The notes under the pieces: generated by a model
What the model was told of the DNA's origin: nothing
Databases searched by the model: none
Seen by the model: the letters and a program-made list of their open reading frames with translations, nothing else
Assembly (NCBI GenBank): GCA_022646745.1
Contig: CP060262.1
Location: 570,001 to 602,000, forward strand
Direction of reading: 5' to 3'
Length of the DNA stretch: 32,000 nt
Source of the DNA: Planctomycetales bacterium
Lineage (GTDB): Bacteria; 4484-113; JAFGCY01
Shown here: positions 23,898 to 31,894 of the stretch, one piece after another
How positions within the stretch are numbered: the first letter of the stretch is position 1
Layout: every line of letters starts with the position of its first letter
Program-made: the position numbers and the translations under genes

Positions 23898-24728
23898 TCA
23901 GTAGATGTCGACCTTCACCAGGCCGACCGACATCAGGATCAGGTCAAGCGCTTCCGAGAAGGGCACGTTGTCGAAGTTCAGCGTCAGCTGGCCTACGCCG
24001 TTGCGGATCAGCCCGGGCACGAAGCCGTCTCCCGGGTCGGTGCCCGGATCCACGCCGCCTCCTGGCGGACGCTTGGCCCCTGTCGGCTCATCGCCCCAGT
24101 AGGGATCGAGCACGATGGACACGTTGCCGATCTGGCTCATGTACCAGAGGATCTCGCGGAAGTCGCCGTTCACGACCTTCAGCGTCACGCGGGCATCGGA
24201 ATACTCACTGTCCGGGAAGCCCGGCAGCTCATAGTCACCATGCATCTTGTCGCGGGCAATCTCCTCATCGCTGCGGCGATGCCGCTTGCCGAGCACGGTA
24301 CGGGGGCGGAACTCCTCCGGATCGTAGCTGAAGCTGGCCAGCACCTGCGGCACGTTGGGCCTCAGCTCCGTACCACCCATTGCGTTCAGCACATGCCACT
24401 GCGGCTCACTGGCGAACTTGAGGCTGACGAGCGTGCCTTCCCGCGCGGGCTCCCAGCTGATCTGGCGGATGCCCTTGCCCATCACCCGTTCACTGCCGAG
24501 GCCCAGCAGCGGTCCACTGACAACGAAGCTGGCTGTCAGCTCATCCTCATCGAACTGGAAGTCGCTGTAGTTGTCGCCGCGGAATGCGATGCTTTCGAGG
24601 TTGTCGTGACGCAGCATCACGAGGTTCTTCTCCTCGATCACGACGCCCTCCTCCTGTGCCGCGGCAGCAGGAGCCGCCAGCAGAAGCAGGCCAAGCAGCA
24701 GCAGGGAGAATTCGCGCATCTGTCTCAT
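23898..24728 (-). CDS. secreted AMIN-like plus secretin N0 (STN-type) domain protein without a secretin pore domain
   Basis: 276 aa with signal LLLLGLLLLAAPAAAAQ. The C-terminal VTLKVVNGDFREILWYMSQIGNVSIVLDP ... LTLNFDNVPFSEALDLILMSVGL matches the PilQ/GspD N0 pattern. The protein ends about 7 aa later. Confidence 0.65.
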   Translation of the reverse strand: MRQMREFSLLLLGLLLLAAPAAAAQEEGVVIEEKNLVMLRHDNLESIAFRGDNYSDFQFDEDELTASFVVSGPLLGLGSERVMGKGIRQISWEPAREGTLVSLKFASEPQWHVLNAMGGTELRPNVPQVLASFSYDPEEFRPRTVLGKRHRRSDEEIARDKMHGDYELPGFPDSEYSDARVTLKVVNGDFREILWYMSQIGNVSIVLDPYWGDEPTGAKRPPGGGVDPGTDPGDGFVPGLIRNGVGQLTLNFDNVPFSEALDLILMSVGLVKVDIY

Positions 24729-24749
24729 GGTTCACCTCACCGGCCGCCG

Positions 24750-25778
24750 CTAGCGTATCCAGACCTCTGCGGTCTGCAGCAGCCAGTCACTGGTGCTGAA
24801 TGCATCCAGCTTTAGTTCTATCACATTCAGCCCCGGGTACATATATTGACCCAATTCATAGTCCACATGTTTTGCCTGCACCGAAATTGAACTGGCCGGT
24901 GATCCGGTCAGCACCTCCCGGCCATTGACGCGTAGTACGAGGTTCTCATGCTCACCCTGGCTCACGCTGCTGGACTCGGAGACATACAGTCGCAGCACAG
25001 CATCCGTGAATCGCAGGTCCTGCGGAAGGTATACCTCCATGATGAGCGTGTCCCCCCAGCTGATCTCCCATTCGCCCCGCGAGCCCCAGTCATCGTTGCC
25101 GATGCCAAGCCGTCCATTGAAGATCACGCAGCAGTCCTTGGAATAGGTGATGTATTCCAGACTCAGCTGGCTGCGGGCCGCTGGAATCTCCGTCAGGGAG
25201 AAGCTCGGCGGGATGTCATACATCCTGAACTGCTCAGGCTCGTATGGCAGGCCGCTTTCATGGCGATCAGTCCGTGGGAACCAAGCTTCATACAGGAGCT
25301 GCGTAACCGGCAGCTCACCAATGGTCTGGCCTGCCAGGGCTTCCGTAAGCTGCGCTGCAGGAATGCTGCGCCAGAAGATCACCCGCGTAATTCCCTGCTG
25401 GCCGTCCGGCAGCAGCACACTGAAAGTGATCTGCTGCTTAGGGATGATGCGTGAAGCAGGCTGCGATATGTAGCAGTTCCCGTCGCTGCTGTAGTGCAGC
25501 ACCGTTACGAATGCCTCAACGTCGAAGCGGGCAGTCACGAGAGCCCGTGTGCCATGGTAATAGGTCTGTTGCTCGCGGTAGCCAAGTGACTGCAGCAGGG
25601 AATCATCCCAGTCCGGATAAAGGGCAAGCAGGCTGGCCTCATCCGGCAGTGGCGGCAGTTCCGGCATGACCTGCCATGGGACTGCGGCGTATGGCAGGCT
25701 TCCCGCTGCATCCGCCGGATCGCAGTGAAGCAGGCACAGACAGGCGAAGATGCACAGGCTGCCTATCAGGCGCTGCAT
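24750..25778 (-). CDS. secreted hypothetical protein
   Basis: 342 aa with an N-terminal hydrophobic signal (LCIFACLCLLHC...ADA). The start overlaps the tadA stop by 13 nt. No family recognised. Confidence 0.7.
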   Translation of the reverse strand: MQRLIGSLCIFACLCLLHCDPADAAGSLPYAAVPWQVMPELPPLPDEASLLALYPDWDDSLLQSLGYREQQTYYHGTRALVTARFDVEAFVTVLHYSSDGNCYISQPASRIIPKQQITFSVLLPDGQQGITRVIFWRSIPAAQLTEALAGQTIGELPVTQLLYEAWFPRTDRHESGLPYEPEQFRMYDIPPSFSLTEIPAARSQLSLEYITYSKDCCVIFNGRLGIGNDDWGSRGEWEISWGDTLIMEVYLPQDLRFTDAVLRLYVSESSSVSQGEHENLVLRVNGREVLTGSPASSISVQAKHVDYELGQYMYPGLNVIELKLDAFSTSDWLLQTAEVWIR

Positions 25779-26254
25779 CCACCACCCCTCAGTCTGCTGA
25801 AGAATTGCTGCATCAACTGGCGAGACTCCTCCTCGAGCAGTCCGCCCGAGAATTCCAACTTGCGCAGGGCGTTATGTCCCTGCATATCAAAGACGCTGCC
25901 AAGCGCCCCGAACTTCGGTTCACGAGCTCCGTAAACCACACGGCTGATCCGCGCCTGGTGTATCGCCCCGAGGCACATCAGGCACGGCTCCAGGGTGATG
26001 TAAATCTCCGCCGGGTCCAGCCTGAAATCACCGATGTGACTTGCGGCCTCACGCATTGCCACCAGTTCGGCGTGAGCCGTGACGGAGGCATCCATCCGGG
26101 TGCGGTTGTGGCCCCGTCCGATCACCTCTCCGCGATGCACGACGACGGAACCGACCGGGACCTCGCCGGCATCCAGAGCGAGCCTGGCCTGCTCAAGCGC
26201 CTGCTGCATGAACTCCAGCTCCCGGGCCTGCTGCGCTTTTAAGTCAGAGTTCAC
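25766..26254 (-). CDS. tadA: tRNA adenosine(34) deaminase
   Basis: CDA-fold zinc motifs HAELVAM and PCLMCLGA, plus N-terminal EVPVGSVVV. The GTG start at 26254 fits the -10 geometry. ATG 26209 (GGAG 3 nt upstream) is the alternative. The 309-aa ORF extension is rejected. Confidence 0.9.
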   Translation of the reverse strand: MNSDLKAQQARELEFMQQALEQARLALDAGEVPVGSVVVHRGEVIGRGHNRTRMDASVTAHAELVAMREAASHIGDFRLDPAEIYITLEPCLMCLGAIHQARISRVVYGAREPKFGALGSVFDMQGHNALRKLEFSGGLLEEESRQLMQQFFSRLRGGGCSA

Positions 26255-26260
26255 GGGGAG

Positions 26261-26266
26261 ATTATA
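26261..26266 (-). promoter_or_regulatory. -10 hexamer TATAAT, 6 nt upstream of GTG 26254 (leaderless-type)
   Basis: The minus strand reads TATAAT-CTCCCC-GTG. The hexamer is part of the palindrome ATTATAAT. Confidence 0.45.
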
Positions 26267-26286
26267 ATGCCGCCCCCGCACGGCGT

Positions 26287-26292
26287 TAGAAT
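26287..26292 (+). promoter_or_regulatory. -10 hexamer TAGAAT for the zinc-ribbon gene
   Basis: TAGAAT lies 22 nt upstream of the ATG at 26315, with GGAGA (26305-26309) between them. Confidence 0.4.
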
Positions 26293-26314
26293 CTATCCGT
26301 AACTGGAGATCGAG

Positions 26315-26725
26315 ATGCCTGTCGAGTTCATAAAATGCAGTGAATGTAGTGTGTTCTTTCCCAAGGATGAGAAGGGAAGCACCGCTTGCCCGAAATGCCG
26401 CAATGAGCCCATTGAATTCAGCGGCCCGAAGGACAAGCTGCGGCACCTGAAGAATGTCCTGCGCGACAATGCGGCCAAGGGCAACATGCTGACGATTCCC
26501 CAGCTCTCCGAGATTTCGCAGATCGATGATACAGTAATCTGGGAGTTCATCAACTCCGGCCAGCTGGATGTCGCCAGCTTCAGCGACCCCGACGTGCGGG
26601 ACTTCGTCGTCAAGCGCCGGCGTGAGAAGCTGAAGGAAGCCCAGTCCAGGGTTGCCCAACCGGTGAGCAGTGAACCAGAACCGACAAAAAAGCACTCAGG
26701 ATTCCACAAGAGAGTTGACGGCTGA
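26315..26725 (+). CDS. zinc-ribbon plus HTH-like small protein, resembles the YvyF / TIGR03826 family
   Basis: 136 aa. CxxC-N13-CxxC (CSEC...CPKC) is followed by LTIPQLSEISQIDDTVIWEFINSGQL. The family call is from memory and tentative. Confidence 0.6.
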   Translation: MPVEFIKCSECSVFFPKDEKGSTACPKCRNEPIEFSGPKDKLRHLKNVLRDNAAKGNMLTIPQLSEISQIDDTVIWEFINSGQLDVASFSDPDVRDFVVKRRREKLKEAQSRVAQPVSSEPEPTKKHSGFHKRVDG

Positions 26726-27272
26726 GCGCGTCCAGAAGTCTCTCGGACCCCGACCGGATTACACCCTCGACACAATCACACAGATCACGACAGGCTGGCT
26801 GCGGCATATGCAGATCCGCGGCCTGCTGCTTGACATTGACAACACGATCACACGCTGGGAGGAGGACCATGTCCCGGACTCCGAGCTGTCCTGGCTGCAC
26901 GCGATGAGTGATGCTTCGCTGCAGATCCGCTTCATCTCAAATGGACTGGACCGCAAGGTGCGCCGGGTGGAGGCCCAGACCGGCCTGACGCACATCGCCG
27001 GCCGGCCGTTGAAGCCATTGCCGACCGGCTTTCGCCGCGGCCTTGAGGAAATGGAGCTGGAGCCGCAAGAGGCACTGATGGTCGGGGACAGCGCCGTGAC
27101 GGACATTGCGATCGCCAACCGCATCGGGATCTGGACGGTGCTTGTGGAACCGATGAGCAGTGTGCACTTCCCCGGCAGCAAGTTCTGGCAGGTGATTGAG
27201 CGGGCCTTCAGCCTGCGCTTCCCGGCGACGCCGGAAGGGGAAATGCGGCGCCAGCCGCCCAGCCGGCGCTAG
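26670..27272 (+). CDS. YqeG-family HAD-IIIA phosphatase
   Basis: DxDxT motif LLLDIDNT, a conserved ISNG, and MVGDSAVTDIAIANRIGIWTVLVEP. The start is uncertain. ATG 26670 overlaps the upstream gene by 56 nt, and TTG 26715 is an alternative. Confidence 0.82.
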   Translation: MNQNRQKSTQDSTRELTAERVQKSLGPRPDYTLDTITQITTGWLRHMQIRGLLLDIDNTITRWEEDHVPDSELSWLHAMSDASLQIRFISNGLDRKVRRVEAQTGLTHIAGRPLKPLPTGFRRGLEEMELEPQEALMVGDSAVTDIAIANRIGIWTVLVEPMSSVHFPGSKFWQVIERAFSLRFPATPEGEMRRQPPSRR

Positions 27273-28483
27273 TTGTCGACCTTGTGGGTCTCCGGAGTGC
27301 AGACACCCTCGGCCCAGCGCCGCAGCTCTTCCTTCGTCTGGGTGCGGGCCATCACGTCCAGCGCCAGGTCATCGTCACGCTCAAGGGCGTTGAAGATCTG
27401 GTCGAACTGGCTGCGTGAGATGCTGCCGAAGACAGCGATGATCCAGCCGTCGGAATTCGTGCTTACGAAGTAGCCTTCATCACCCATGCTGTCGCTTGAG
27501 GCGAACAATTCCTCCAGCTTCTTGCTGCGGGTCTCGAAGATGCTGATCACGTTCTCATTGAACGGGTTGTACAGCTCAAGCTGGTACACCAGCAGCGGCT
27601 CGTCCTTCTCACTGTAATCCAGCGGCGAGATCTCGTTCAGGCGGTAACCCTCCGGCAGCCAGCCCGGCATCAGCGGCAGCGGCACACGCAGCATGTCGGC
27701 CGGTGCTTCATCCTCAAGCGATCCAGCAGACTTGCGGGCAGAGCGTGGCATGTACTCAAGCGACCCGGCACCGTCAGCCTGCTGGTCAGGGATGTTCACA
27801 TCGGCCCGCGGCGGAGCCACATCCGGTGCATGCGCAGCCTGTCTGCCAGCCGGAATGGCAAATGCATCACCCGGGACCTCGCCGGATGTGAGGAATTCAA
27901 CTGACTCCATCTCGTAGAACTGCACCCGGCGCCCGTCCTGGGCGGTCATCTCAAGCGAGATCGGGTAGTCATTGCGCTCACTGACGTGGATGGTGATCGA
28001 GTAGCTGCCATCCACACTGCCGTCGTCACGCAGGATCCAGACCGGCTCCCCGTTGAACACGCCCTGCAGCAGGTTCACGCTTGACCGGCCGGCCAGTGTC
28101 TCCAGCAGCTTGCGGCGCATCAGGTTGTCAATGATGAACATGCGCTCCGGCATCTCCACCACATTCGCACCGTCCTGGAAAACCTTAACTAGGCGCTCGT
28201 CATTCTCGATGTAGTAGTAACCGGCCTTCTGCTTCTCGTTGATCAGCGGCTGCACGCGAAAGCTGCTGGGGGACAGGAAGATGATGTCCACCAGCTTCTC
28301 CTGGCCGTTGCCGTAGGGATCGGAATAGCGCATGCGCGCCTCATAGCTCGTGTTCTCGAGGGAGGCGATGGCGCGCGTGATCAGTTCGTCAACGGTCGGA
28401 CGCTTCTCAGCAAAAGCTGCCGCACTCAGCAGCAGCAGCATAACGATTGTGATAGCCGATAGTCTCACCGGGGTGACCGCCAC
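27269..28483 (-). CDS. periplasmic RseB/MucB-like (LolA-fold) protein with a C-terminal DUF4367-like region
   Basis: 404 aa with a GTG start and signal ITIVMLLLLSAAAFA. It is third in the sigma / anti-sigma operon. The C-terminal PGWLPEGYRL motif is typical of DUF4367. Confidence 0.6.
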   Translation of the reverse strand: MAVTPVRLSAITIVMLLLLSAAAFAEKRPTVDELITRAIASLENTSYEARMRYSDPYGNGQEKLVDIIFLSPSSFRVQPLINEKQKAGYYYIENDERLVKVFQDGANVVEMPERMFIIDNLMRRKLLETLAGRSSVNLLQGVFNGEPVWILRDDGSVDGSYSITIHVSERNDYPISLEMTAQDGRRVQFYEMESVEFLTSGEVPGDAFAIPAGRQAAHAPDVAPPRADVNIPDQQADGAGSLEYMPRSARKSAGSLEDEAPADMLRVPLPLMPGWLPEGYRLNEISPLDYSEKDEPLLVYQLELYNPFNENVISIFETRSKKLEELFASSDSMGDEGYFVSTNSDGWIIAVFGSISRSQFDQIFNALERDDDLALDVMARTQTKEELRRWAEGVCTPETHKVDN

Positions 28484-28491
28484 ATCAGGTT

Positions 28492-29067
28492 TCAGCGTGA
28501 GCTTCCTCCCTCACCAACCATGATCACAAGGTCATCGGTGTTGGGGGTATCACTGCCGGCGAGATGCTCCAGCTCACTGCGGCGATGTGCGTCACTGGCG
28601 AACTCAAGCAGGTTGCGCAGCTTCTCGTCCTTGATCGAGCTTTCGAAGTCGGGCTTGGTCCAGTAGGCATCGGAGTATTCCTTGCCCGGATCAGCCGTGG
28701 AAGTCGCGATCGCGTTGCTGCCGGTGTTCGGATCAACAGCGGCATTGCGAGTTGTCATGGAGAAGGCCAGCACGGCAACCACGCCCAGGCCGCCGATTGC
28801 AGCCAGAGCCTGGCGCCAGCCCGCCACGCGGCGGGAGGCATTGCGCTTCGCACTGATTTCACCCATGATCCGGGTCGCCATGAAGTCAGGTGCCTCATAC
28901 TCGTCCAGCTCGCCGAGCAGCGACTTGATGCTGCGCTGCTCATCGAACTCAGCCCTGAGCTCAGGATCCGCCTGGATGGCGCTGTTGATCTGCTCGACTT
29001 CATGCACGTCATGCAGCTCGCCGTCGAGCAGTCTGGCAAGATCTGTGTTGTGCCCCTTGGGTGACAT
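28492..29067 (-). CDS. anti-sigma factor (single TM, non-zinc type)
   Basis: 191 aa. N-terminal LLDGELHDVHEVEQINSAIQADPELRAEF and a central TM segment ALAAIGGLGVVAVLAF. The ATG overlaps the sigma-gene TGA by 1 nt (TGATG). GGAGGAG SD upstream. Confidence 0.8.
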   Translation of the reverse strand: MSPKGHNTDLARLLDGELHDVHEVEQINSAIQADPELRAEFDEQRSIKSLLGELDEYEAPDFMATRIMGEISAKRNASRRVAGWRQALAAIGGLGVVAVLAFSMTTRNAAVDPNTGSNAIATSTADPGKEYSDAYWTKPDFESSIKDEKLRNLLEFASDAHRRSELEHLAGSDTPNTDDLVIMVGEGGSSR

Positions 29068-29690
29068 CAGTTTTCTCCTCCGAAAACTATATCCTTATCG
29101 AGAAATTCCTTCAACTTCTTCCTCGCGTAGAAGATGCGGCTCTGTACGGTGCCAAACGGGATGTCCAGCGCCTCTGCGATTTCCTGGTAGCTGAAGCCCT
29201 GCAGGTCGCACATCACCAGGATGTTGCGCTGGTCCGGCTTTAGCTTATCCAGTGCCTCCCGGATATGCTTCGTGCGCGAGCTTGCGACCGCGCCCTTTTC
29301 CGGGCTTGAGTTGTCGACGTAACTTTCACGGACCTGCTCATCCACATCCACGGTCTGGATGCGCTTCTTGCGCAGGTAATCCAGCGTGTTGTTGTTAGCA
29401 ATCCGGAACAGCCAGCTCTTGAAGCTTGCAGGGTTCTGCAGCTTGCGAAGGCTGAAGAAGGCCTTCACGAAGGATTCCTGGGTGATGTCCTCAGCAATCT
29501 CATCGTTCCTGACCATGGAGCGCACGAAGTTGTAGAGCCTTGCCTGGTACATCCCGACAAGCTTCCCGTAAGCGCGTTCATCCCCGGCTGTGGCCCTCAT
29601 CACGAGGTCCACTTCGTCGGTGATGACATAAGCGTCAGCGCCCTGGGTATCCCGACTCAATGCTGCTCCTCTGTTGAATGTCATCTCCAT
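29067..29690 (-). CDS. ECF (sigma-70 family, RpoE-like) RNA polymerase sigma factor
   Basis: Region 2 reads AYGKLVGMYQARLYNFVRSMVRNDEIAEDITQESFVKAF...SWLFRIANNNTLDYLRKK. Region 4 reads LKPDQRNILVMCDLQGFSYQEIAEALDIPFGTVQSRIFYARKKL. Confidence 0.93.
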   Translation of the reverse strand: MEMTFNRGAALSRDTQGADAYVITDEVDLVMRATAGDERAYGKLVGMYQARLYNFVRSMVRNDEIAEDITQESFVKAFFSLRKLQNPASFKSWLFRIANNNTLDYLRKKRIQTVDVDEQVRESYVDNSSPEKGAVASSRTKHIREALDKLKPDQRNILVMCDLQGFSYQEIAEALDIPFGTVQSRIFYARKKLKEFLDKDIVFGGEN

Positions 29691-29697
29691 GCCAGCC

Positions 29698-29725
29698 AGA
29701 CGTGTGATTCATGTGGGATTGTTCA
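29698..29725 (-). promoter_or_regulatory. candidate ECF-type autoregulated promoter TGAACA-N17-CGTCT, 7 nt from ATG 29690
   Basis: The minus strand reads GTGAACAATCCCACATGAATCACACGTCTGGCTGGCATG. It resembles AAC-N16/17-CGT ECF promoters, although the spacing is about 1 nt long. It would give a leaderless or near-leaderless transcript. Confidence 0.35.
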
Positions 29726-29838
29726 CAAATCAAAGGGGGCTGGCATGTCCTCGTATTAGAACATCGGCCATGTCGGCCTGTTTGGTCAAACGCCCGATCC
29801 AAAAACGGCCCTGAAATGCCCATCTGCCCGTCCCGGCC

Positions 29839-31062
29839 TCAGAATTCCCAGGTCAGGTAGCTGTTGATGCCGAAGTCCGGAGCCGTCTCCGGGTTCGCAT
29901 CCTCGCTGAATCCGAGCGTGAAGTAGCTGCGGTCCGTCAGACGGGTGTTCCAGCCGAACTGCAGTTCCTGGCTGTCCTTGTCGGCCTCGAAGGAGCCGAT
30001 CCTGAGCGGGTTGCTCTGCACGCGGAACTGGCCCACGATCGTGCTGGAATGGCTCACCGCATACTCCAGTGCGGCACTGTAGCTGTGGGCGTCCCGGTGC
30101 TCGATGTTCTGCCAGTCCGGCGTACCAATGAAGATGTAGTCCGCATTCAGGTAGGCCCGCATATGGTCCGTCAGCTGGGTCTGGTACAGCGCGCCGAGCG
30201 AGAAGTCCATCCCGCCGCTGCCGAGCGCCGAGGAGCTGTCCCCGGTAGGCAGCTTGACTGTGCCTCGGACGGCCAGCGCTTCACTGCCATCCTCATTCTC
30301 GCTGAGGCGGTGCTTGTAGCCGAGCCGGATGTCACCGATGCCGAAGCTGTCACCTTCGTCATTGAACACCGCACCATCGCGGGTCACGATCACATACTGG
30401 TAGAGCTGGTTCGGGTAGTCGTCGCGCAGGCCGCGTGGCAGGCCGAAGAACTTGTGCCAGTCCGTGATCAGTCCGTCGAAGGTACCGGCACTGCGGTAGC
30501 GGATCGGCACATTCACCATGAACTCGCCATTGCCCGTGCCCTCGCGGTACTCACCGCTGAACTGGTACTCCTCGAAGTCAAAGGAAGCGATGATGCCGCT
30601 GTCCAGCTCACGGATCATGCTGTTGGCCATGTCCAGCTTGAAGCTGAAGCTGCGCCGGCCCTTGCCCAGGAGCGATGCGCGCTCCGGGATCGGGGTGAGG
30701 AAGATCGCGTTCGTCGGATGCATGTTGATGATGCCCATCGGGCCGAAGAACTCGATTTCGAGGCATTCATTGCAGGAGGAGCAGCTGCTGCAGGAATCAC
30801 AGCCGCAATCGCTGCAGCTTTCGGAGCAATCGCAGGAGGAGTGGTCCGAAGCAGCACCTTCCACATCCACCGGCATTGCTACTTCAGTGGAGTCGGATTC
30901 AGTGCGGGGGGCTGGATCAGGCGCGGTGTCCCGTTCGACGGCGCCGAGCTGCTTGGCGTTTCCCGGGTTGGCGATGCCGTCACGCGCTGAGTCGGCCTGC
31001 GCCTCCGTGCACGCAAGAAAAAAGCAGGCAGCGAGCCCCGCTATCCCGATGGCCTTCCTCAC
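29839..31062 (-). CDS. outer-membrane beta-barrel-like protein (DUF3187-like) with an N-terminal Cys-rich cluster
   Basis: 407 aa from GTG 31062 (VRKAIGIAGLAACFFLACTEAQA signal). It has alternating amphipathic strands and ends in SYLTWEF. The GPMGIINMHPTNAIFLTPIPERASLLGKG segment resembles the DUF3187 N-terminus. The longer ORF to 31143 would overlap the upstream gene. Confidence 0.7.
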   Translation of the reverse strand: MRKAIGIAGLAACFFLACTEAQADSARDGIANPGNAKQLGAVERDTAPDPAPRTESDSTEVAMPVDVEGAASDHSSCDCSESCSDCGCDSCSSCSSCNECLEIEFFGPMGIINMHPTNAIFLTPIPERASLLGKGRRSFSFKLDMANSMIRELDSGIIASFDFEEYQFSGEYREGTGNGEFMVNVPIRYRSAGTFDGLITDWHKFFGLPRGLRDDYPNQLYQYVIVTRDGAVFNDEGDSFGIGDIRLGYKHRLSENEDGSEALAVRGTVKLPTGDSSSALGSGGMDFSLGALYQTQLTDHMRAYLNADYIFIGTPDWQNIEHRDAHSYSAALEYAVSHSSTIVGQFRVQSNPLRIGSFEADKDSQELQFGWNTRLTDRSYFTLGFSEDANPETAPDFGINSYLTWEF

Positions 31063-31068
31063 CGTTTG

Positions 31069-31074
31069 ATTATA
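31069..31074 (-). promoter_or_regulatory. -10 hexamer TATAAT, 6 nt upstream of GTG 31062 (leaderless-type)
   Basis: The minus strand reads TG-TATAAT-CAAACG-GTG with no SD. Confidence 0.5.
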
Positions 31075-31087
31075 CAGCTGGCCCGGC

Positions 31088-31348
31088 TCAGCGCCCGAGG
31101 CTGCGGCGGATGCTGTCCTGAACGCGGTCGGACTGGCCGGCATGCTCCAGCCGGGTGATGGTGGCGATGTTCACATATGTATGCCCGCCGCGGAACTGGC
31201 CGGCCTGGCGCATCGCGGTGTTGCTCGGCTCGACGGCGATGAAGTCGTCATACACTTCGGTGATGCGCACGCCGTTGTAGTGCACGCCGTCATTGCCCGT
31301 GATGTTGAGCTCAACACCCTCGTTCATCAGTCTTTCGCAGAGTTTCAT
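31088..31348 (-). CDS. hypothetical small protein (86 aa)
   Basis: GGAGG SD lies 8 nt upstream of the ATG and TATAAT 20 nt upstream. No family recognised. Confidence 0.6.
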   Translation of the reverse strand: MKLCERLMNEGVELNITGNDGVHYNGVRITEVYDDFIAVEPSNTAMRQAGQFRGGHTYVNIATITRLEHAGQSDRVQDSIRRSLGR

Positions 31349-31368
31349 TGCCTGTGTCCTCCAGCGGA

Positions 31369-31374
31369 ATTATA
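31369..31374 (-). promoter_or_regulatory. -10 hexamer TATAAT for the 86-aa gene (overlaps the DUF1643 stop codon)
   Basis: The minus strand reads TATAAT-TCCGCTGGAGGACACAGGCA-ATG. Confidence 0.4.
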
Positions 31375-31888
31375 GACCGGCCAGCGCGCTGAGATCAAAG
31401 GGCTGCGGCCGCAGTTCGGCGGACAGGTAGAGCGGGTGCTTCGGTTCCCCGCTGCCGTTGACAGCGAGTGCCGTGGCCGCGATCCCGCCATCCAGCAGCA
31501 GCCTGGCGACATCACGGCTGCGGGAATTCAGCCGCGCATGGTTGCCCCAGGCCACCACTACCACCCCGGCGCGTGATGCAATCTCCATTATCCAGCGGTC
31601 GTTGTCAGCGCCGACCGGCTCCTCGGGGTCCTTCAGGCCCTTCGGGTCAGTGGAGCGCCAGCCGAACACGTTGGTGGTGATCATCCCGCCCATCCCCCAG
31701 TCCCAGGCGAAACCGCGGCAGCGCCGGTTGGTCGGGTCATCCTTGGTGGCGGTCGCCGTCGAGGGGTTCAGGCAGATGAAGTTGGCAAAGGGCTTGCCTT
31801 CGTCCCAGATGCGCTCCAGCGTGTAGCGGTATCGCTCGCAGGGCGAGAACACGGCATCCGTGCGGCATTCTTCGAGGGAGGGGATCAC
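31370..31888 (-). CDS. DUF1643 domain protein
   Basis: 172 aa. The pattern AVFSPCERYRYTLERIW...ICLNPSTA...DPTNRRC..FA...GWGG...NVFGWRSTDP...AWG...GEPKHPLY matches DUF1643 as I remember it. GTG start. Confidence 0.82.
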   Translation of the reverse strand: MIPSLEECRTDAVFSPCERYRYTLERIWDEGKPFANFICLNPSTATATKDDPTNRRCRGFAWDWGMGGMITTNVFGWRSTDPKGLKDPEEPVGADNDRWIMEIASRAGVVVVAWGNHARLNSRSRDVARLLLDGGIAATALAVNGSGEPKHPLYLSAELRPQPFDLSALAGL

Positions 31889-31894
31889 AGAGAT

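Noticed and set aside
26255-26695. N-terminal 147-aa extension of the tadA ORF (the 309-aa version).
   Set aside because: The extension has no deaminase similarity. It runs antisense through the well-formed zinc-ribbon gene (26315-26725) and through a divergent promoter region containing TATAAT and TAGAAT boxes.
27269-27272. Convergent genes (the YqeG-family gene and the RseB-like gene) share overlapping stop codons in the palindrome CTAG. A similar 23-nt convergent overlap occurs at 5456-5478.
   Set aside because: This is a real observation, but it is most simply tight packing. No hairpin or other signal is associated with it, so I do not regard it as a system.
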